DNA of 57,625 nt. It comes from a virus (taxonomy: Duplodnaviria > Caudoviricetes). Where the stretch lies: the IMG/VR virus record IMGVR_UViG_3300036770_005327, positions 1 to 57,625 of that record; one strand, 5' to 3'. Numbering within the stretch: position 1 is the first letter of the stretch; each line of letters opens with the position of its first letter. The notes under the pieces are model-generated. The model did no database searches. It was not told the DNA's origin and saw nothing but the letters and a program-made list of their open reading frames with translations. Below are positions 49,601 to 57,467 of this stretch, one piece after another. The position numbers and the translations under genes are program-made.

Positions 49601-52600
49601 AGCTTTTCGGCCTGTTCGATTGCCGATAACTCGGCCAATGTCTTTTTGAGCTTTAAGATATCGCCTGGCAAACCCCAATCGTCTGTTGCAGAAGCCCGAG
49701 CTTTCAACTCGGCCAAGTCCGCTGCATAATCCGGGGCTTTCACTGAAACTTCGCTCGACTCAGCAGATTCTGCGTTTTCAGACCGTGGCCGGGCCTCGCC
49801 CAGCGTCATCTTAGGATGCGAAGCCGGGTCGTCATTGAACGGCTTACTGCTGATATTCATCACAGCTTGCGGTCGCAGAATCACTAAATGTTCTGCGCCT
49901 TTGCGGATTTGTTTGGTTGGCGCAGTGCCATCTTTCATAAGAATCGCATCAGCACCCAAAGACAGCGCTATTTCACGCATTGCCGGGAGTGCTTTTCTGC
50001 GGCTTAATAACTCGATATAGCCCTGGCCCTGAGTCCCATCTTTGCCAACCAAGTTGTCCAGTAGTTTTCTATCGTTGTTGGCAACTCGCTCCCACTGGGT
50101 TCGCAGCCGCTCTATTTCTTCATCAGATACACCGGATCGCCCCAAAATGCCCTCGATGTCTATAGCCCCTAAACCAATCGACCTGCCTTTAAACACCAAG
50201 CCTTTATCGCCAATGGTGAGTAAAGCAGGCGCTTTCACCACAAATTCAGCAACGGTTTTTTCGCCTTTAGACAACTCGGCTTTTGCCTCGCTATAGGTTA
50301 TCCCTTTGGCTTTTGCGAGTTTTTCCGCGTTAACCGTATAATCCATATTCCGCGTAACATCGGTCGAGGCGTAATCTTCTGCTTCCTGCGGATCGCTGGT
50401 CAGATAAAACCCTTTTCCAAAGAATGAATCATCATTTGCGTCACTGTACTTGCTGGCATCAAACAACGAGCCTCTATGCCATATCTTATCGATATTAAAG
50501 CCATCATCTTTGGCTTGCAAAAGCTTCGCTGCACGGGAATTTGATGCTTCAACATTGGAAAATAATGGCGTTGTTTTTTTGCCCTGCTCGGTTTGAGTTT
50601 TAGCTACTGGCGTTTTGCTTCCCGCCTGGTTAACGCCATCGCCCTGTGAAGTGACCTTGATCGCTTCGCGCTTTTCATTAAGAGCAACCTGCTTTTCATA
50701 CTTCTGAATTTCAGCCTGCGTCCGGCCTGCATCAAAGTTTGCAGGCATGGCGGAAGGTAATACATTTGTAATACGTTCGGATAGCGCGCTATCGTGCTGC
50801 TTTGCACGAACAGCCAGCGCTTCTAACTGATTTTTAGCCGAATTAAACAAGCCAGTTTTATCGGCTTCGGGCGCAGCGCTTAACTTTTGCTGCTCAACGC
50901 GCTGGTCAGCTCGGCCTAAGATGCCAGGTATGGCTTTTTTCAGTTCATCAATCCGCGACTTGCTATAAACCCAACCCTCACCACCTTTGAGCTTCGGGTT
51001 AAAAACACCTTTGAGATTTTTCAGGGCGTCTTTGTGGGTCTTGGTATCCCCTCTGACGACTACGCTTTTATCGCTATAACGCTCGATGCGCAGCGCACCA
51101 AAATCAGCCACAGTGCTTTCCCACTGTTCGCGTTGCGTCACTGGTTTTTTGGTATCGCCGTTTTTAAGCCAGTCTTTGAACTGGTCCATGGTCATTTCTT
51201 TGACGGGGCCAATTTGCCAGCCAGCTGAATAATTGCGCTTGTAAGTTTGTTCTGCCGATTTTAAATCTGTCGCGCCCAGGACAACTTTATGTTCATCAAA
51301 TGATCCGTCCTTATTCATTTGGTCAACCACAAACACTTTGTCACTGTCCGGGCTATCACCGATAAACACATCAACATGATCACCATCAGCGCCTTCTGTG
51401 CGTTTGATGTAACCGTAGTGATCCTGCATGGTAACTGACCATGGCTTGCCTTTGGCATCGGTGCCTTTGCGCTCTGAACCCTTTGGGTTCTCAATTGCAA
51501 TATCCAGCCCCTGGACATTCACATGCCCTTTTTTGTAGTTGCCGGCTTCCTTCTGAGCTGCGCTCGGCTCTGGCAAATCATTCAGCGGGGATAAGGCGGC
51601 ACCAGCGGCGGCATCATCAATTACAGCTTTGATTTCGTTTACTTTTTCAGCACTGCCCACAGAACCACCCACAGAATCTGTGGATAAGTTTCCGGCGGCC
51701 TGACGCCAGGGCATGAGCATATTGACTTGCTCGTCATTGATACCGAAGGTATCCCGCAAAATCTCCGGATCAATCTTGCCCCGCTCCTCCAGCGGGAAAC
51801 TATCAATGAACCCCCTCGCGGCTACCATAACTTCATCGTCTGGCGCAACTGGTGCCGCAGCCTGAGGTGCGTTCACGATACCTGGTTCAGTGCTTGGAAC
51901 TGGCTCACCCGGATTACTCGCCAAAAACTTGGCCAGCTGACCTTCCGCTTTCGGTCTGAACTCCGGATTAATCAACCATTGACCGGCGGTATTAATTGCC
52001 AGGCCAATTTTTTCCGGCTTGCGCTGAACGTACTGCTGCAGCATTTCAGCGAACTGGGGGTTTTCTTTTGCGACAACACCAGACAGGATGGCAAAGTCGC
52101 TGGCATCTTCTTCTGGCGTGGGTGTCCAGGGCTTTTCACCTTCTGCAGGTTGTGGCGCATTGCCCATGTACTCCTGCAACCGGTGCATGGCATTTTTTCT
52201 AAAAGAGGCGCTGCCGAGATATTTATCCAGCACTGTAATCGCTGACACGGCGCGCTCTGGATCTTCTTTGACAATCTCAACGAGACCATCCACAAATTCA
52301 GGATGTTCAGCTGCAGCGCCGCTGGCCATCTCGATAAAGGTCGATTGCGTGTTGACCTTAGGGTCAATCACACTGGTTAATGGCGGGGTTTCAAACTCCT
52401 GCTCTAAATCAGGATATGCCGGCGGTCCCATTTCATCAGATGGTGCACTGAATTGCTCTGGCTCAGCGCCAGATTGCGCCGGCTGTTCTTTCGATGGCAG
52501 ACGCTTTTGGACGGCTCCAACAGCAGCTGGAACCGCTGCAGCCAGGCCACCGACCGCACCGCCTAAGATCCCCTCGTTGAGGGCCGCAACTGTGACACCT

Positions 52601-53571
52601 TCGTTTAAATCCTGAGTTGGATCGACATATTCTTGCCGTACCTGGTTGCCGGCAAACTGCTCCATGCCGCCTTGGGCAGCTTCGACACCAAACTCTGCAG
52701 CAACACCTGCACCTTTTGGCATGGCACCTGACAGAATGCGTGTCAGTGCGGCACTTCCCAAACCACCAACCAAAAGGTTCGATGTAAGCAATGTTGGATT
52801 TGTTTTAATTGCCGACCGCGCCTGTTCAGCAAGCTGGGTGCGGCTTGTTGCCAAAATATCTTCAGCTTCAGCACCTGGCATGGCTTTGGCATTTGCGCGC
52901 ACGATGGCCTGAAATTCTGGCGACACTTCCAGATCTTCATAATCAAGTGCTTCAACTTCATTACCGACATCAATGGCTTGTAAGCCGCCTGCAACTGCAT
53001 GGCCAGCAGCACCATAAGCCAAAGTATCTTTACCAAATGCGGCAAACTGGCCGGCCTTATCACCGAGATTTTTGGTTAAGAAAGTCTCAGTTGCCTTTTT
53101 TGCTGCAATTTCTGCCATTTCGGCAGTGCCTTTTTCTGCCAGCACTTTTTGCCTGGCAAGCTTCGCTACTTTGGTGACAGCCAGACTGGTGCCTTTAATC
53201 GCAGCACCACCTGCCAAGATGTCAGCATTTAAACCAATCACATGCCCGATTTGCATGGCAATGGCGCGGGGCGATGTCCACGCATCACCGGCAGTGATCG
53301 TATTATCTTTATCGACAAAGAACTGTTCTTGCATAGCGGTTTTACCCGCATTGGAAATAGTCGCAAGTTGCTCGTTTGCGCCCTCCTGGGCCCAGTCACG
53401 CACCCCATCTAAACCAAAGGTTTCACCGATGCCGGCAAGACCGTCATAGGCTCCTTTTTGCGTGGCGTCCACCACATCACCAATAAAACCTTGCCCGGTA
53501 TCAGCAGGCTTAAATTGCGCAGCTTGCTGCTGACGGTATAGGCTAAGTGCGTTTTGATCTAATTTGCTCAT
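40657..53571 (-). CDS. Giant polyvalent internal virion protein (DarB-like): pyrophosphatase-like, ART-like, adenine MTase, strawberry-notch SF2 helicase, zincin-like and PLxRFG domains
   Basis: EAGNYKKGH..DHYGY..GADGDHVDVF; WHRGS..GKGFYLT; YEPTAGNGML and NPPFG; DQTGVGKGRQ, DEAH and QMLGRINRTGQ; HERLRHYG; YFPLQRFGKY. Confidence 0.9.
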   Translation of the reverse strand: MSKLDQNALSLYRQQQAAQFKPADTGQGFIGDVVDATQKGAYDGLAGIGETFGLDGVRDWAQEGANEQLATISNAGKTAMQEQFFVDKDNTITAGDAWTSPRAIAMQIGHVIGLNADILAGGAAIKGTSLAVTKVAKLARQKVLAEKGTAEMAEIAAKKATETFLTKNLGDKAGQFAAFGKDTLAYGAAGHAVAGGLQAIDVGNEVEALDYEDLEVSPEFQAIVRANAKAMPGAEAEDILATSRTQLAEQARSAIKTNPTLLTSNLLVGGLGSAALTRILSGAMPKGAGVAAEFGVEAAQGGMEQFAGNQVRQEYVDPTQDLNEGVTVAALNEGILGGAVGGLAAAVPAAVGAVQKRLPSKEQPAQSGAEPEQFSAPSDEMGPPAYPDLEQEFETPPLTSVIDPKVNTQSTFIEMASGAAAEHPEFVDGLVEIVKEDPERAVSAITVLDKYLGSASFRKNAMHRLQEYMGNAPQPAEGEKPWTPTPEEDASDFAILSGVVAKENPQFAEMLQQYVQRKPEKIGLAINTAGQWLINPEFRPKAEGQLAKFLASNPGEPVPSTEPGIVNAPQAAAPVAPDDEVMVAARGFIDSFPLEERGKIDPEILRDTFGINDEQVNMLMPWRQAAGNLSTDSVGGSVGSAEKVNEIKAVIDDAAAGAALSPLNDLPEPSAAQKEAGNYKKGHVNVQGLDIAIENPKGSERKGTDAKGKPWSVTMQDHYGYIKRTEGADGDHVDVFIGDSPDSDKVFVVDQMNKDGSFDEHKVVLGATDLKSAEQTYKRNYSAGWQIGPVKEMTMDQFKDWLKNGDTKKPVTQREQWESTVADFGALRIERYSDKSVVVRGDTKTHKDALKNLKGVFNPKLKGGEGWVYSKSRIDELKKAIPGILGRADQRVEQQKLSAAPEADKTGLFNSAKNQLEALAVRAKQHDSALSERITNVLPSAMPANFDAGRTQAEIQKYEKQVALNEKREAIKVTSQGDGVNQAGSKTPVAKTQTEQGKKTTPLFSNVEASNSRAAKLLQAKDDGFNIDKIWHRGSLFDASKYSDANDDSFFGKGFYLTSDPQEAEDYASTDVTRNMDYTVNAEKLAKAKGITYSEAKAELSKGEKTVAEFVVKAPALLTIGDKGLVFKGRSIGLGAIDIEGILGRSGVSDEEIERLRTQWERVANNDRKLLDNLVGKDGTQGQGYIELLSRRKALPAMREIALSLGADAILMKDGTAPTKQIRKGAEHLVILRPQAVMNISSKPFNDDPASHPKMTLGEARPRSENAESAESSEVSVKAPDYAADLAELKARASATDDWGLPGDILKLKKTLAELSAIEQAEKLDDMEQRIIWEEKSAGIKSPPHKQRIEKIMAQSSASGKSAESKGKPAAAKSPAKEPAASKLDSAAQNISDKKREAAEKLKALIASRKGQLNSGVDPEVLLAVAEVGALSIAEGAVKFAQWVRDVIATTRVVGIADEDVKPFLKEAYGAMAANPEKYGISDAVADDMDTAKDVRKMDISTLIEDVQTEALPAKSLANELQDKLDQIQDNRQLKSVVADYHGIPTSGVTPEMMKEAQEVLELALVRRAREIVAAGGTDKEIFDRLLEMYQRQPNLNVRSSTSMENMAYSTPAPLAFVAARLAGVTQETSVYEPTAGNGMLLISANLKHAKANELDPRRAGQLAQQGLDVTSEDAAEYIPAEKFDAAVMNPPFGRLDSPVKVDGYTIKSIDQLITIKALQALKDDGKATIIIGASKEAGEIGASDRVFFNYLYSNYNVVDHFEVDGDLYRRQGAGWPVRVIVVHGRESSKKLSPKSGAIERIETWNQVYDRFLESLGTSTDTSANASRATGADGAMPRISPNVERPARSETDRKIGQADQAGAGRTTAGGRNDSGGTRIAGNDDRAGSPAPAVGPAVDSIRKSEPVSQPGSVQPESSVTAGRETAVPAANTAEPAGRSKQPPADGGVDSGSSFQALYPALSKGFNDGALTPVNMAQASQRAMQKMVAEIGDVDQYVTKKLGYGSVAETHKAFMALQVDTVAAAIYNAENKNKGIIIADQTGVGKGRQAAGIIRYAIKEGKTPIFVTVTDNLFTDMYNDLADIGSTDAAPLIVNQDGFIKAGDAKIFKTQSRQAHLKTLDEIIKTGKLPADNNVLFLTYSQLDGDRQRRLINALKDNAIFVLDEAHNAAGIREKKSAGNVTLTRAGFIYEAIANSPVTYLSATYAKRPDNLPVFYRTDLMDSVDKVEDLVDAVSAGGEALQTLIAGMLAESGQLYRRERSFEGIKIDTLVDYENEAAHEQLADQVTEGLRAIVAADEAFHELAVDVLAQKYQDEGGSAKGAGNRAASGVDHSNFTSIVHNFISQLLIGLKVRATIDKAIELKKAGQKPVIALQNTMGAFLNGFVDENGLSVGDPVRADYRDVLLKALDRTRRISVTDETGDVRAIDVPLHELPADVQMLYLEAKEIIQDLNLSSIPLSPIDYVRDELEKAGIRTSEITGRGYRIDYQTEVPTLAVRSAEEQNDKRGTVDAFNDGRLDALILNVAGSTGLSIHAAEKFKDQSPRHMIVMQAMADINILMQMLGRINRTGQIELPSYSMLSLAIPAEKRPAARTSKKFKSLNAQTSANTDSDVNLKAQDMMNKYGDKVMSDYLREYPEVARDLSLGVPAEDVVYPGIYEKATGRMALLPVKQQKEIYAELENEYADLIEYLDKTGQNDLEPKTMDLDAKILDSKVIYEGKFPDTVFGGHTFLHKVDTKYQGKPPSADDVLKALAKIKDPDAVVAGILAAKERDRQFEKKLQGTLKRAQAELAKVETKTNSKDESKKNSKIMAAQADVTTAEEAMQRYRASVQATEDALKRFQIGHHFNIKLPEELVKGVVVAVKDSHRAGKGNPYSGSKVKFTFMVDSGIRQIDLSVSQLTSLQEGGVSATKTSVANEKLIHDTFKPVRKGEERRETRFVATGNAIMGSKKLSGRIISFTDHRGDVHQGILMPKNFKDDQFSRTDAGSDFALRDLTVLQKFLTSNRKLLKDLGVFDLSQSIRVLPVRSDEWKIEIPKANKTQAVKDIKFSEALQKAMGAEFFSVGNVMSAVFSEQKLAAVLPELNKLVQLRGLQSYRDAWVQAGGNAIPSAAVGFDGHQVTSAAIDAPAHLGNVVRDDTGMVPSRGQVSPGITLQKARMFAKAFDARLADSGSGTFIAEKFSDFPEDIQAFASPDAHGFLFQGKVYINLQHIRDLPSLQELLVHERLRHYGVRKLFGKGVFDELNKIAMQLGESKLKQLAAKYQMDLEGYKKYYQDLNHPNIQAALVDELIAHIKESDVPVGVWASIRRLLAKLKQALHELGLGDLVTKLTKTNEHDLFLILSQAKEVLQKAGSQPVRNDLDFDAPAMLPRTGNAIADAVSQINAERMQRWVEAFKPAKLWQAVKTKWPDRARPAMLQLLPRNYLADIAGDLLPSLRRYNAQVAAMEAQRNNLLNLTHGTADKWRKLVGKDKAASAKLADLMHEATLMGVDPSMSKFYPTITRQTYQMLMSRAKAFIKSRNGEAEAVARGMQRRARIQAAMDKVPMQEEAYAQLRADFLALPAEYQQMFIEVRDSYLEMNTQRKIALEKRIEDLIADKRVAAAQISMMREEFELNELNGIYFPLQRFGKYKAVAKDRETGELHAFSMFETNAQMQQWMEEQRGAGVVVEGGYQFEYSSMMSGVSAGFMKDLLLKFSPVFSQNSKIQDDLYQLFLEHSPDLSVRKHMIHRKGVSGYDQDALRAFAHNQFHTAYQIAKVSNTHHMQSHLLAMEDEVRTITNADDKVRATQVVNELTQRNEWILNPKGSEWANKLTGFGFFWYLGTTPAAALVNITQTAMVGLPVLGARYTYKEAGKMLAEMSKAFIKGKGNVDKTLNGRELSAFRELEESGIIDKTMAHDMTGIADGGVAYSPRYHKVMQVAGFMFHHAERFNREVTAMASYKLAYNKLSKLYAGEQYGDSKAHREAIAEAIELTKLSHFDYANSNRPRFMQGDMARVLLLFRQHSVNMTYRLIRDFQQSFWGRGEDKKIAQKQLAGMLGMTLFFAGAAGLPLYSVIAGIFNTMLDDEDEPFDFDAAVREALAEAIGETGASVIMSGLPGNVTGADLTNRIGMNNLWFRDAEADLEGEAAVQYYAEQALGPMYGILAGWGKATQLAREGHTGRAWESAVPKFARDWFKSVRYATDGVQTKRGDPILDELSVWQIALQANGFTPIEVSEQYGQNNALATSARRIQDRRKLLLNRYALARRNDDDLLVAQTLDDIEAFNLAQPTMKITAAHRIKSLKQRAALSDRAVNGVILSKKLQHLAE

Positions 53572-55310
53572 TGCTTCTCACCATTGATAATTTGTCCACG
53601 TTCCTGCCTTGTGAAGTGCCGTAAGTTGGCTTGGATCCACCGCGTCTTTTCTTCAGCACTTAAATCATTCAGCTTGCCTTGCTGAACAAATTGCCTTGCC
53701 AATTGAGCCTGCTGTGCGTCATCGGCCTGTTTTTTGGTATTGGATTGATTCAAGAATTGACGACGCTGCTCAAACTGCTCCGGCGTTAACGTTTTGCCAG
53801 CAGCTGCTGGGATCGGTTCTGTAGTCAACCACCAGTTCGGTTTGCTGGTCAGTTGTTCAATGGGATCAGGCTCAGGTTGCTTGCTGGCTCCCTGTTGATT
53901 GCCGGCAAGAATGTTCTGTAATGTCTGATTAGATTTAGGATCACTGGTTTTCTTTGAACCGTTTTGCTGCATTTGATACAGCTCTGCGGGGTCATACACG
54001 AAATTACTTTGCAGGTATTTTTGGGCTTCTTCTGGCCCATCGTCTTGTGACAACTGACGCGCCTTATCAAGCACGGCTTTATTTTCCCTGGCTACGCTTT
54101 CTAAAAACTTCAGTTTGCCTGGTTCACCTTTGGTCCACTCAAAATCGCCGTAAGACACGTACTGGAACCCTTCGTCAGCATTACCGAACAATGGGTTCTC
54201 AGTAAAACGCTTGTGCACAAGTTCAGTTTTTTGCGGCCGGCCAGCCCACTGAGTTTCGTCAGATTTGAGTGATGACGTATTTGGATCTGTGTTTAATTTC
54301 TCATACCTGCCCTTAAGCCACTCTAACCCCTCCGGGTTGCGCTTGAGCGCTTCATGAAAAAAGTCGGTGGCTTTGACTTTCCCGACAAACTTGCCAAAAT
54401 CGACAGCCTTGAGCGGGTCATCTGGATCAGACGTTCCCCGTTCAGTCAACGGGGACCGGTATGTGTTACCTTCAGAATCACGCATTTCCAGCTCAACAAA
54501 CATATGGCCTTTGATTGGTTTTCCCTGTGCATCTATTGCCTGGCTGGTGCTGACAATTCGTTTATTGACGATTGGTAAACCCGTCTCCGGGTTTGTACCA
54601 CCGTTGTTCAGGTCATGCTTCAAAAACACGGATGCGACATCAAAGATTTTCGCGTCCGCATAGGGGTTTGCTTGCGTATTCCGGGGATCAAGTAGGGCTG
54701 TAGCCTGAGTCAATGCGTCAGAATACTCCGGATCTAACACTTTGAATGGGCTTAACTCCGTGTCGATGGAGTCTCTTAAAAATGCTTCAGAGAAGCGTCC
54801 GGTCCTATTAAAACGTTCAATTTCAAGCGGAGCCTGCTGTTTCACACGAGCAAGGCGCGCCGCCTTTTCTGCTGAAATCCGTGCGGATGCGCGGGTTTCT
54901 CTCTGATGATTCAGATTTTCTCGTTCTGAATCCAATCGCAAGGCTGCAGCACCTTTTTCAAGTGGGAATAATTCATCCTCCCTTGTTGCCTGGGTTTTAG
55001 ACCTGCTCAGGGTATGCTGCTGCTGTTCAAGCTCTATCGGGCGTAACGCCTTATTATGCTCCGCACTAGCCTGCATCTCAGCCAGCGTTAACGGTCTGGT
55101 CTGCTTATTGTGTTCAATCTGACTTTCCAGGTCGCTTAAGCCTAACCTGGCTTGCTGTTCGGCCAACGGGCGCATTGTGGCCTGATGCTCAGCATTTGCT
55201 CTGGCCTGCTCCATTTGAAATTTATGCTGCTGGTCTATACGTGATTCTTGCCGTGCACCACGGCTGATATCTAGCCCTAAGGCAACGCCTTGCGTAATCC
55301 CCATGATCAC
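53568..55310 (-). CDS. Putative ejection / internal virion protein
   Basis: 580 aa, Q/E/R-rich and helical; PLTERGTSDPDD motif; directly before the giant gene, as in 933W-type phages. Confidence 0.65.
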   Translation of the reverse strand: MIMGITQGVALGLDISRGARQESRIDQQHKFQMEQARANAEHQATMRPLAEQQARLGLSDLESQIEHNKQTRPLTLAEMQASAEHNKALRPIELEQQQHTLSRSKTQATREDELFPLEKGAAALRLDSERENLNHQRETRASARISAEKAARLARVKQQAPLEIERFNRTGRFSEAFLRDSIDTELSPFKVLDPEYSDALTQATALLDPRNTQANPYADAKIFDVASVFLKHDLNNGGTNPETGLPIVNKRIVSTSQAIDAQGKPIKGHMFVELEMRDSEGNTYRSPLTERGTSDPDDPLKAVDFGKFVGKVKATDFFHEALKRNPEGLEWLKGRYEKLNTDPNTSSLKSDETQWAGRPQKTELVHKRFTENPLFGNADEGFQYVSYGDFEWTKGEPGKLKFLESVARENKAVLDKARQLSQDDGPEEAQKYLQSNFVYDPAELYQMQQNGSKKTSDPKSNQTLQNILAGNQQGASKQPEPDPIEQLTSKPNWWLTTEPIPAAAGKTLTPEQFEQRRQFLNQSNTKKQADDAQQAQLARQFVQQGKLNDLSAEEKTRWIQANLRHFTRQERGQIINGEKQ

Positions 55311-55311
55311 C

Positions 55312-55863
55312 TCATAAAATTGTATAAAGAGCCAGGCCGGCTAATGCCGCCCAACCGGCTGGACCAAGCGCAGCTAACGGGCCTGCACTGGCGGCTGCGC
55401 CTCCTGCAGCAGTGGCACCTGTTGTAGCGGTCGTCGTCGCAGCTGTGGTTGCTGCAGTAGTCGCGCCTGCAATTTCTGCTGCGGCTGCGGCTTCACCTGC
55501 TGCAGCTGCAGCTGTTGCGCCTTCTGCTGCAGTTGTGGTAGCTGCAACATTCGTGGCCGCATTGGTTGCAGTTGCCGCTTGCTTGGTTGCGGCTGCAATT
55601 TCTGCTGCGGCTTTACTTTCACCAAGGGCAGCAGCATCGAGGGCGGCTTTTTCAGCGGCCTGAGTGGCGTAATAGGACTGCAGGCTATGGTCTAAACCAA
55701 TAGTGGCCGCCGATGTCGCAAGCCCCCGGCGCTCTGCTTTTTCTGCCTCTTTAATGTTGGCGTTGATTTGTGTGCGCTGATGCTCAGCATCTCCCGCCTG
55801 GCGAAAACCGCCACGCGCCTTGTTTTCTACAGAATCAGCAAGGCTGAATAAGCCGTAAGTCAT
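55312..55863 (-). CDS. Putative ejection protein with an Ala/Thr low-complexity insert
   Basis: MTYGLFSLA N-terminus and hydrophobic Gly/Ala C-terminus. Confidence 0.65.
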   Translation of the reverse strand: MTYGLFSLADSVENKARGGFRQAGDAEHQRTQINANIKEAEKAERRGLATSAATIGLDHSLQSYYATQAAEKAALDAAALGESKAAAEIAAATKQAATATNAATNVAATTTAAEGATAAAAAGEAAAAAEIAGATTAATTAATTTATTGATAAGGAAASAGPLAALGPAGWAALAGLALYTIL

Positions 55864-55865
55864 AA

Positions 55866-56309
55866 TTAGCTCCCTGCCGTTGGCATTGGCGCGCCGGCAA
55901 TTGCGGCCATCTGACGGTCTTTTGCATGCTGACGAATGTTGTTTTCTGCGCCGGCCTGACTCAGGGCCATCGATAAATCAGTCCGGCCCATATCGGCGCT
56001 ATCAAGACCCATATGATTCATCCTTATATCAGTCGCTTTTCGGGCATTTGAAAAAGACTGTTCAACATTGCCTGGCACTCGGGCCAGTTGTTGATTCACT
56101 AAGCCAGTTCCCATCACGGCCTCTTTGAAAACACCGTGAATGGGCATGAAGGTTTTCTTGTAATCAGCCCAATCACGCCGCGCCAGGGCGGCATTTGTTT
56201 TACTGGCAAAATGCTTGTCGGACCGACTGATCCCAAACGTAGAACCGGAGCTCGAAGGCACTGAGCCTTCGGCACCGAATGAATCCAACCCTAACCCTAA
56301 GTTTTCCAC
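55866..56309 (-). CDS. Putative internal virion protein
   Basis: 147 aa; ALARRDWADYKKTFMP; syntenic position. Confidence 0.65.
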   Translation of the reverse strand: MENLGLGLDSFGAEGSVPSSSGSTFGISRSDKHFASKTNAALARRDWADYKKTFMPIHGVFKEAVMGTGLVNQQLARVPGNVEQSFSNARKATDIRMNHMGLDSADMGRTDLSMALSQAGAENNIRQHAKDRQMAAIAGAPMPTAGS

Positions 56310-56882
56310 TTAACCCCCTTTTTTACTGTTCAGTGCGGTATCAAGCCCGATGGTGCCGAGCGCGGCAGCACCTGTGGTTAGATCATCTTTCGCCTGCAAC
56401 TTATTGCTCAACGCGGTTTTGGCATGGTCGGCAGACTTCACTGCGATATCGTTAAGGCCATCAATGGCTTGAACTGACTTTTTCTCACCCATGGCCACAG
56501 CATTGCCAAGACCAGCGACATAATTATCCTGCTGGGCGGTTTGAGCCCTGCTGAGGGTTTCAGCGTTGATACCGGCCATCTCAAGCCCTACATCCGCCAT
56601 GTTCGCCTGGTATTGCCCACTGGTGGGGTCAATACCGGCAGCGTTGAGCTGACGCTGAGTACCGGTTAATTGCTGATTTGTAAGCGCAGCAACATCGGCA
56701 TTTACCGAACCATTCAGCGCAGTCAATTTGCTGCTATCATTTGCGGCCTGGGTTTCAGTCAGCCAGAAGTCACGGATTGGCTTTAACTGGCCTTCGAAGT
56801 AATCAAACTGTTCGACGGCAATCGCCGCGAGCTCCTTTTGTTCTTCGGTTTCATCAATTTCAGCTTTGCTGCTTTTGCCCAA
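56310..56882 (-). CDS. Putative internal virion / ejection protein
   Basis: 190 aa; MGKSSK start, GIDPTSGQYQ, GLGNAVAMG. Confidence 0.65.
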   Translation of the reverse strand: MGKSSKAEIDETEEQKELAAIAVEQFDYFEGQLKPIRDFWLTETQAANDSSKLTALNGSVNADVAALTNQQLTGTQRQLNAAGIDPTSGQYQANMADVGLEMAGINAETLSRAQTAQQDNYVAGLGNAVAMGEKKSVQAIDGLNDIAVKSADHAKTALSNKLQAKDDLTTGAAALGTIGLDTALNSKKGG

Positions 56883-57237
56883 GATTTAACTCCCATGTTT
56901 CGCCATCCTGTAGCAGCTGCCAGCCCCTTTTTGGCATGAAGCGCCGATAGCCAGGCCTTTTGCTACAGAATCGGATTGCAGATACGCCCACGCGGTTTGC
57001 CAGGGCAATAATTGAAGGTTCATAGGTCGCGATGGCATTGCCACCAGTGCTATATGCCGCGAGAACCCAAAGGTAAGAAATAGAACCGCTGACAAGCGGC
57101 TGCAGGACAACCCACCCATCGGGGGCAGAAAAAGAAAAGGCGCGCCCAGATTGGCACGCCTCGACAACATTGTTCACCAGCTGCGGCTCTCCTTCGAAAG
57201 CCGCAATTTCTTGCAGTTGCTTAAGAGCGCTGATCAA
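56860..57237 (-). CDS. GNAT-like small protein heading the ejection-protein operon
   Basis: 125 aa; DGWVVL, LWVLAAY and RPGYRR pattern; GGAGG RBS. Confidence 0.6.
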   Translation of the reverse strand: MISALKQLQEIAAFEGEPQLVNNVVEACQSGRAFSFSAPDGWVVLQPLVSGSISYLWVLAAYSTGGNAIATYEPSIIALANRVGVSAIRFCSKRPGYRRFMPKRGWQLLQDGETWELNLGQKQQS

Positions 57238-57250
57238 CCACCTCCGAAAA

Positions 57251-57279
57251 TCATTTTGATATATTAATCATCAAAATGA
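57251..57279. promoter_or_regulatory. Paired operator box 6
   Basis: TCATTTTGA-N11-TCAAAATGA overlapping the candidate promoter TTGAAG-N17-TAATAT (minus strand, 57289-57261). Confidence 0.75.
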
Positions 57280-57294
57280 TTTGCTTCAAGCTAA

Positions 57295-57465
57295 TCAGCC
57301 ATTGGCTTTGAGCTTTTGCACCTCCGGAATAATTGCGTTGATGTCTTGCACTCCCAGCTCGTTGGCTATTTTGAACAGTAGCTGATGTGCTACTGCTGTT
57401 TTCTGTATTTCAGCGGCAAGCATGTCAAATGCTTGTGCCTTTAATAAAATCATCTGTTCATTCAT
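57295..57465 (-). CDS. 56-aa protein, possible tail-fibre chaperone-like
   Basis: Hand translation: MNEQMILLKAQAFDMLAAEIQKTAVAHQLLFKIANELGVQDINAIIPEVQKLKANG*; starts 2 bp after the tail tip stop. Confidence 0.6.
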   Translation of the reverse strand: MNEQMILLKAQAFDMLAAEIQKTAVAHQLLFKIANELGVQDINAIIPEVQKLKANG

Positions 57466-57467
57466 CG

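Noticed and set aside
42110-53449. Many plus-strand ORFs opposite the giant gene and the structural genes
   Set aside because: Antisense shadows of long coding frames with no recognisable motifs
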